Origin: an uncultured bacterium
GTDB taxonomy: Bacteria > Latescibacterota > Latescibacteria > Latescibacterales > Latescibacteraceae
Direction: 5' to 3'
Assembly (NCBI GenBank): GCA_964426865.1
Contig: CAYRTQ010000001.1
Span: 32,513-68,796 of the forward strand
DNA length: 36,284 nt
Made by a program: the position numbers and the translations under genes. Under the pieces are notes generated by a model. That model searched no databases and had not been told where the DNA came from. It worked only from the letters and a program-made list of their open reading frames with translations. Positions 33,629-36,284 of the stretch are shown here, one piece after another; position 1 is the stretch's first letter, and every line of letters starts with the position of its first letter.

Positions 33629-36241
33629 ATGGTGGCGGAATTGAAATTTCTCATTATCGGAAATGATCCGGAGTCACTCGAGCCGGTCGGATCGGCGGTG
33701 GACCATCTCGGGTATGAATCGACGGTCGCCTCGACAGTCGATCTGGGCGTGCAGCTCGCCCATACCGGAGAGTACGATATCGCCATGGTGGATATCACCG
33801 GGCCGGACGAGGGGATCATGAATGTCCTGAAGGATATCCATGACATGCGGACCTTCAGCGATCTCGTGGTCATCGCCGACCGGGAACGAAAAAAACAGTC
33901 CATCCACCTTCTGAACAGCGAGGTGTGGGCGTATCTGGAAAAGCCGGTGGATGAGGAAGAGCTGAAAGTGGTGGTGGATCGCATCGACGGTTTCACCTGC
34001 CTGCGGCGAGAGGTATCCAACAAATCGCGTCGGCTCTCCCATCTGGAGGTGCTCAACGAGATCACCCGGGAAACGCTGCTCTCCCAGGAGAACGACACGC
34101 TTCTGTGGTATCTTGCCCGTCTCATCAATGAAAAGTTCAATTACTACAATGTGAATATATTTCTCATGAACGCCACCCGGGACCGTGCGGTGCTCCGGGC
34201 GTTCGCGGGGGGATTCGGCGACGATTTCGTGGTGGGCTACAGTCTCGCGCTGGGCGAGGGCGTGGTGGGCTGGGCGGCCCAGAACCGTCAGAGCCTCCTC
34301 ATCGGCGATGTGCGGAAGGATTCCCGTCGGATTCAGGGATTCGCATTCGAGGAGCATGTCCTTTCGGAACTCGCGGTCCCCATCATGTTCGAGGACAAGG
34401 TGCTGGGGGTTATCCACACCGAATCGGTGGAACTGAACGCGTTCACCCGCGACGATGTCATGGTGCTGGAAACCATCGCCGACCAGATTGCCCTGAGTTT
34501 CGAGAAATCCCGGCTCTCCAAGGAACTGGTCGAGGCGCATCAGCTCAGCGCCGCCATCAACGACTCCCTGCCGGTATCCATTGTCATCGTGGACCGCGAA
34601 CTGAAAATCGAGTACGTGAACCGTACCTTCTTCGACATGTACGGGCTGCGGCGCGAGGACTTCCTGCACCAGCCGGTGCAGCGATTTTTCTCCCGCGATC
34701 TCACCACCAAGTTCATTCTGGACCAGGAACTCGCCCATGTTCTGGAGACCGGCAATCCGGTGACCCACAGCAACATCCGGTACACCTCCCCCGAACATCC
34801 GGAGAAAGTGATCACCGTTTCCTTCTTCCGGGTCCATGCGGGAGTGTTTCCCCGGGTGATGATCCTCATCCAGGACGTGACCGATTTCACCAAGAAGGCC
34901 TATCAGCTTTCCCTGTTGCGCGAGATTTCCATCGCCATGCAGGGCGTGTTGGAACGCGACAAGCTGCTGCACCTCATTCTCACCTGCGTGACCGCGGGAT
35001 TCGCCATCGGGTTCAACCGGGCGTTCCTGTTCCTCGTGGAGCGCGGGGCCAACGAGCTGCGCGGAATCATGGGGGTGGGGCCGACCTCCCAGGAAGAGGC
35101 TTACCGGATATGGAACGAACTCTCCAGCAAGGCCCTGACCTTCCAGGAATACCTGGACAACGTCAACCGGGGATTCATGGTCAAGGGCGGCCTCCAGTAC
35201 CTGGTGGAGAACATCGTGGTCAGCATGGACAAGGCCAACAACGTTCTGACCGAAACGGCCTCGAAGGGGACGGTTTTCCATGTGACGAACGCATGGGAAA
35301 ACCCGCTCATGGACGAGGCGATGAAGAAGATCATCATCTCCAAGGAATTCGTCTCCGTCCCGCTCATCGTGAAAAATCAGGTTATCGGGGTGCTGCTGGC
35401 GGATAACGCGTTTTCCGGGCGGGCCATCACCGGGGACTCCATCGAGGTTCTCACCATGTTCGCCGCCCAGGCCGCCATCGCCATCGAAAACGCCCAGATT
35501 CTCTCCGATCTGGAAGAGAAGATTCAGGAACTCCAAAAGGCCTACCAGGATTTGGAAAAGGCCCAGGACGCCCTGATCCGCAACGAGAAACTGGCCGCCA
35601 TCGGAGAGGTGAGCGCGCGTCTGGCCCACGAGATTCGTAATCCGCTGGCCACCATCGGCGGTTTCGCCAAGTCCATCCAGAAGAAGTACGACGACCGCGA
35701 GCGCACCATCCGCAACGCCAATATCATCGTGGATGAGGTCCACCGGCTGGAGCACATTCTCTCCAATGTCCTCGATTTCACCAAGTCCGGGACGCCGAAG
35801 AAGACTCCCGGGGATGTCAACGAGCTCATTCGGAAAACGTTGAGCATCATGGAGGCGAATATCTTCTCCAAGGGAGTGGTCGTGGTGCTCGATCTGGCGG
35901 AGGGACGGCTGGATGCCGAGTTCGACGAGCCGCAGCTCAAGCAGGTGCTGATCAATCTCATGCAGAATGCGATCAACGCCATGCCCGAGGGCGGCGCCAT
36001 CGAGATACGCTCCCTGGAGTTGAACGGTGATATACAGATCGACATACGGGACACCGGGGTCGGCATCCCCCAGCAGTATCTCGACATTATTTTCGAGCCG
36101 TTCTTCACCACCCGGGGCAACGGGACCGGACTGGGGCTCTCCATATCCAACCGTATCATCCAGAATCATGGCGGACGGCTGGAGATCGCGAGCAAGGAGG
36201 GCGCCGGCACCACGGTGTCCATCTTCCTCCCGAAGAGCTGA
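33629..36241 (+). CDS. Multidomain sensor histidine kinase (REC-GAF-PAS-GAF-HisKA-HATPase_c)
   Basis: N-terminal receiver-like domain KFLIIGND..YDIAMVDITGPDEG..YLEKP. GAF-like blocks (GEGVVGWAAQNRQSLLIGD; VPLIVKNQVIGVLLADN). PAS-like block IVIVDRELKIEYVNRTFFDMYG. H-box ARLAHEIRNPLATIGG. N-box LINLMQNAINAM. G-boxes DTGVGIP and GTGLGLSIS. The start is approximate (ATG 33629). Confidence 0.85.
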   Translation: MVAELKFLIIGNDPESLEPVGSAVDHLGYESTVASTVDLGVQLAHTGEYDIAMVDITGPDEGIMNVLKDIHDMRTFSDLVVIADRERKKQSIHLLNSEVWAYLEKPVDEEELKVVVDRIDGFTCLRREVSNKSRRLSHLEVLNEITRETLLSQENDTLLWYLARLINEKFNYYNVNIFLMNATRDRAVLRAFAGGFGDDFVVGYSLALGEGVVGWAAQNRQSLLIGDVRKDSRRIQGFAFEEHVLSELAVPIMFEDKVLGVIHTESVELNAFTRDDVMVLETIADQIALSFEKSRLSKELVEAHQLSAAINDSLPVSIVIVDRELKIEYVNRTFFDMYGLRREDFLHQPVQRFFSRDLTTKFILDQELAHVLETGNPVTHSNIRYTSPEHPEKVITVSFFRVHAGVFPRVMILIQDVTDFTKKAYQLSLLREISIAMQGVLERDKLLHLILTCVTAGFAIGFNRAFLFLVERGANELRGIMGVGPTSQEEAYRIWNELSSKALTFQEYLDNVNRGFMVKGGLQYLVENIVVSMDKANNVLTETASKGTVFHVTNAWENPLMDEAMKKIIISKEFVSVPLIVKNQVIGVLLADNAFSGRAITGDSIEVLTMFAAQAAIAIENAQILSDLEEKIQELQKAYQDLEKAQDALIRNEKLAAIGEVSARLAHEIRNPLATIGGFAKSIQKKYDDRERTIRNANIIVDEVHRLEHILSNVLDFTKSGTPKKTPGDVNELIRKTLSIMEANIFSKGVVVVLDLAEGRLDAEFDEPQLKQVLINLMQNAINAMPEGGAIEIRSLELNGDIQIDIRDTGVGIPQQYLDIIFEPFFTTRGNGTGLGLSISNRIIQNHGGRLEIASKEGAGTTVSIFLPKS

Positions 36242-36284
36242 ACCGTGGCGCGGCCCCGGCGGGGATCCGGGATTGACAAGAAAA

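Noticed and set aside
33674-36169. An 831-aa ORF on the minus strand, opposite the histidine kinase
   Set aside because: It has no recognisable motifs and an Arg/Gly/His/Asp/Pro-rich composition typical of antisense frames in high-GC genes. The + strand carries unmistakable H-box, N-box and G-box motifs.
1-36284. tRNA, rRNA, tmRNA or RNase P genes
   Set aside because: I saw no cloverleaf-type GTTCGAATC / T-loop contexts outside coding regions and no rRNA-like conserved blocks. This was a scan by eye, so small ncRNAs cannot be excluded.

Overview
High-GC chromosomal segment. Sample lines I hand-counted give about 65-73% GC in core genes. The organism looks like an uncultivated bacterium that uses type IX secretion, because four proteins end in T9SS-type C-terminal sorting domains. 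All genes are on the + strand unless marked.

Gene order:
- rimO 3' end
- three tandem secreted beta-propeller paralogs with near-identical sorting domains
- a small PHA-system-like protein
- a four-subunit 2-oxoacid:ferredoxin oxidoreductase, korDABC, with a MITE-like repeat between korD and korA
- an orphan N4/N6 DNA methyltransferase with a PKD-like tail
- acyltransferase-3, an SGNH esterase and a transglutaminase-like secreted protein
- sucC and sucD, split by a low-GC two-gene cassette (ABC-type ATPase plus DUF4276-like protein)
- a four-helix-bundle (23S-IVS/Avd-family) gene enclosed by 81-bp near-perfect inverted repeats
- a DUF2088-like protein
- two Spy/CpxP-like periplasmic proteins (-)
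- a DUF116 / PP-loop ATPase / cupin operon
- a 1004-aa S8 protease (-)
- a small membrane protein, then DoxX
- a TAT-signal Gfo/Idh/MocA oxidoreductase
- a ~0.9-kb repeat- and hairpin-rich intergenic region
- a REC-GAF-PAS-GAF histidine kinase

I found no rRNA, tRNA or CRISPR array.

Best candidates for new biology:
1. The ATPase + DUF4276 (Toprim-like) cassette inserted into sucCD, a possible uncharacterised defence module.
2. The IVS-like cassette built from arrays of mini-hairpins around the four-helix-bundle gene.
3. A three-copy MITE-like family, one copy carrying a nested insertion.
4. Concerted evolution of the sorting domains in the propeller paralogs.

Every functional call comes from motif recognition by eye. 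No database search was run.
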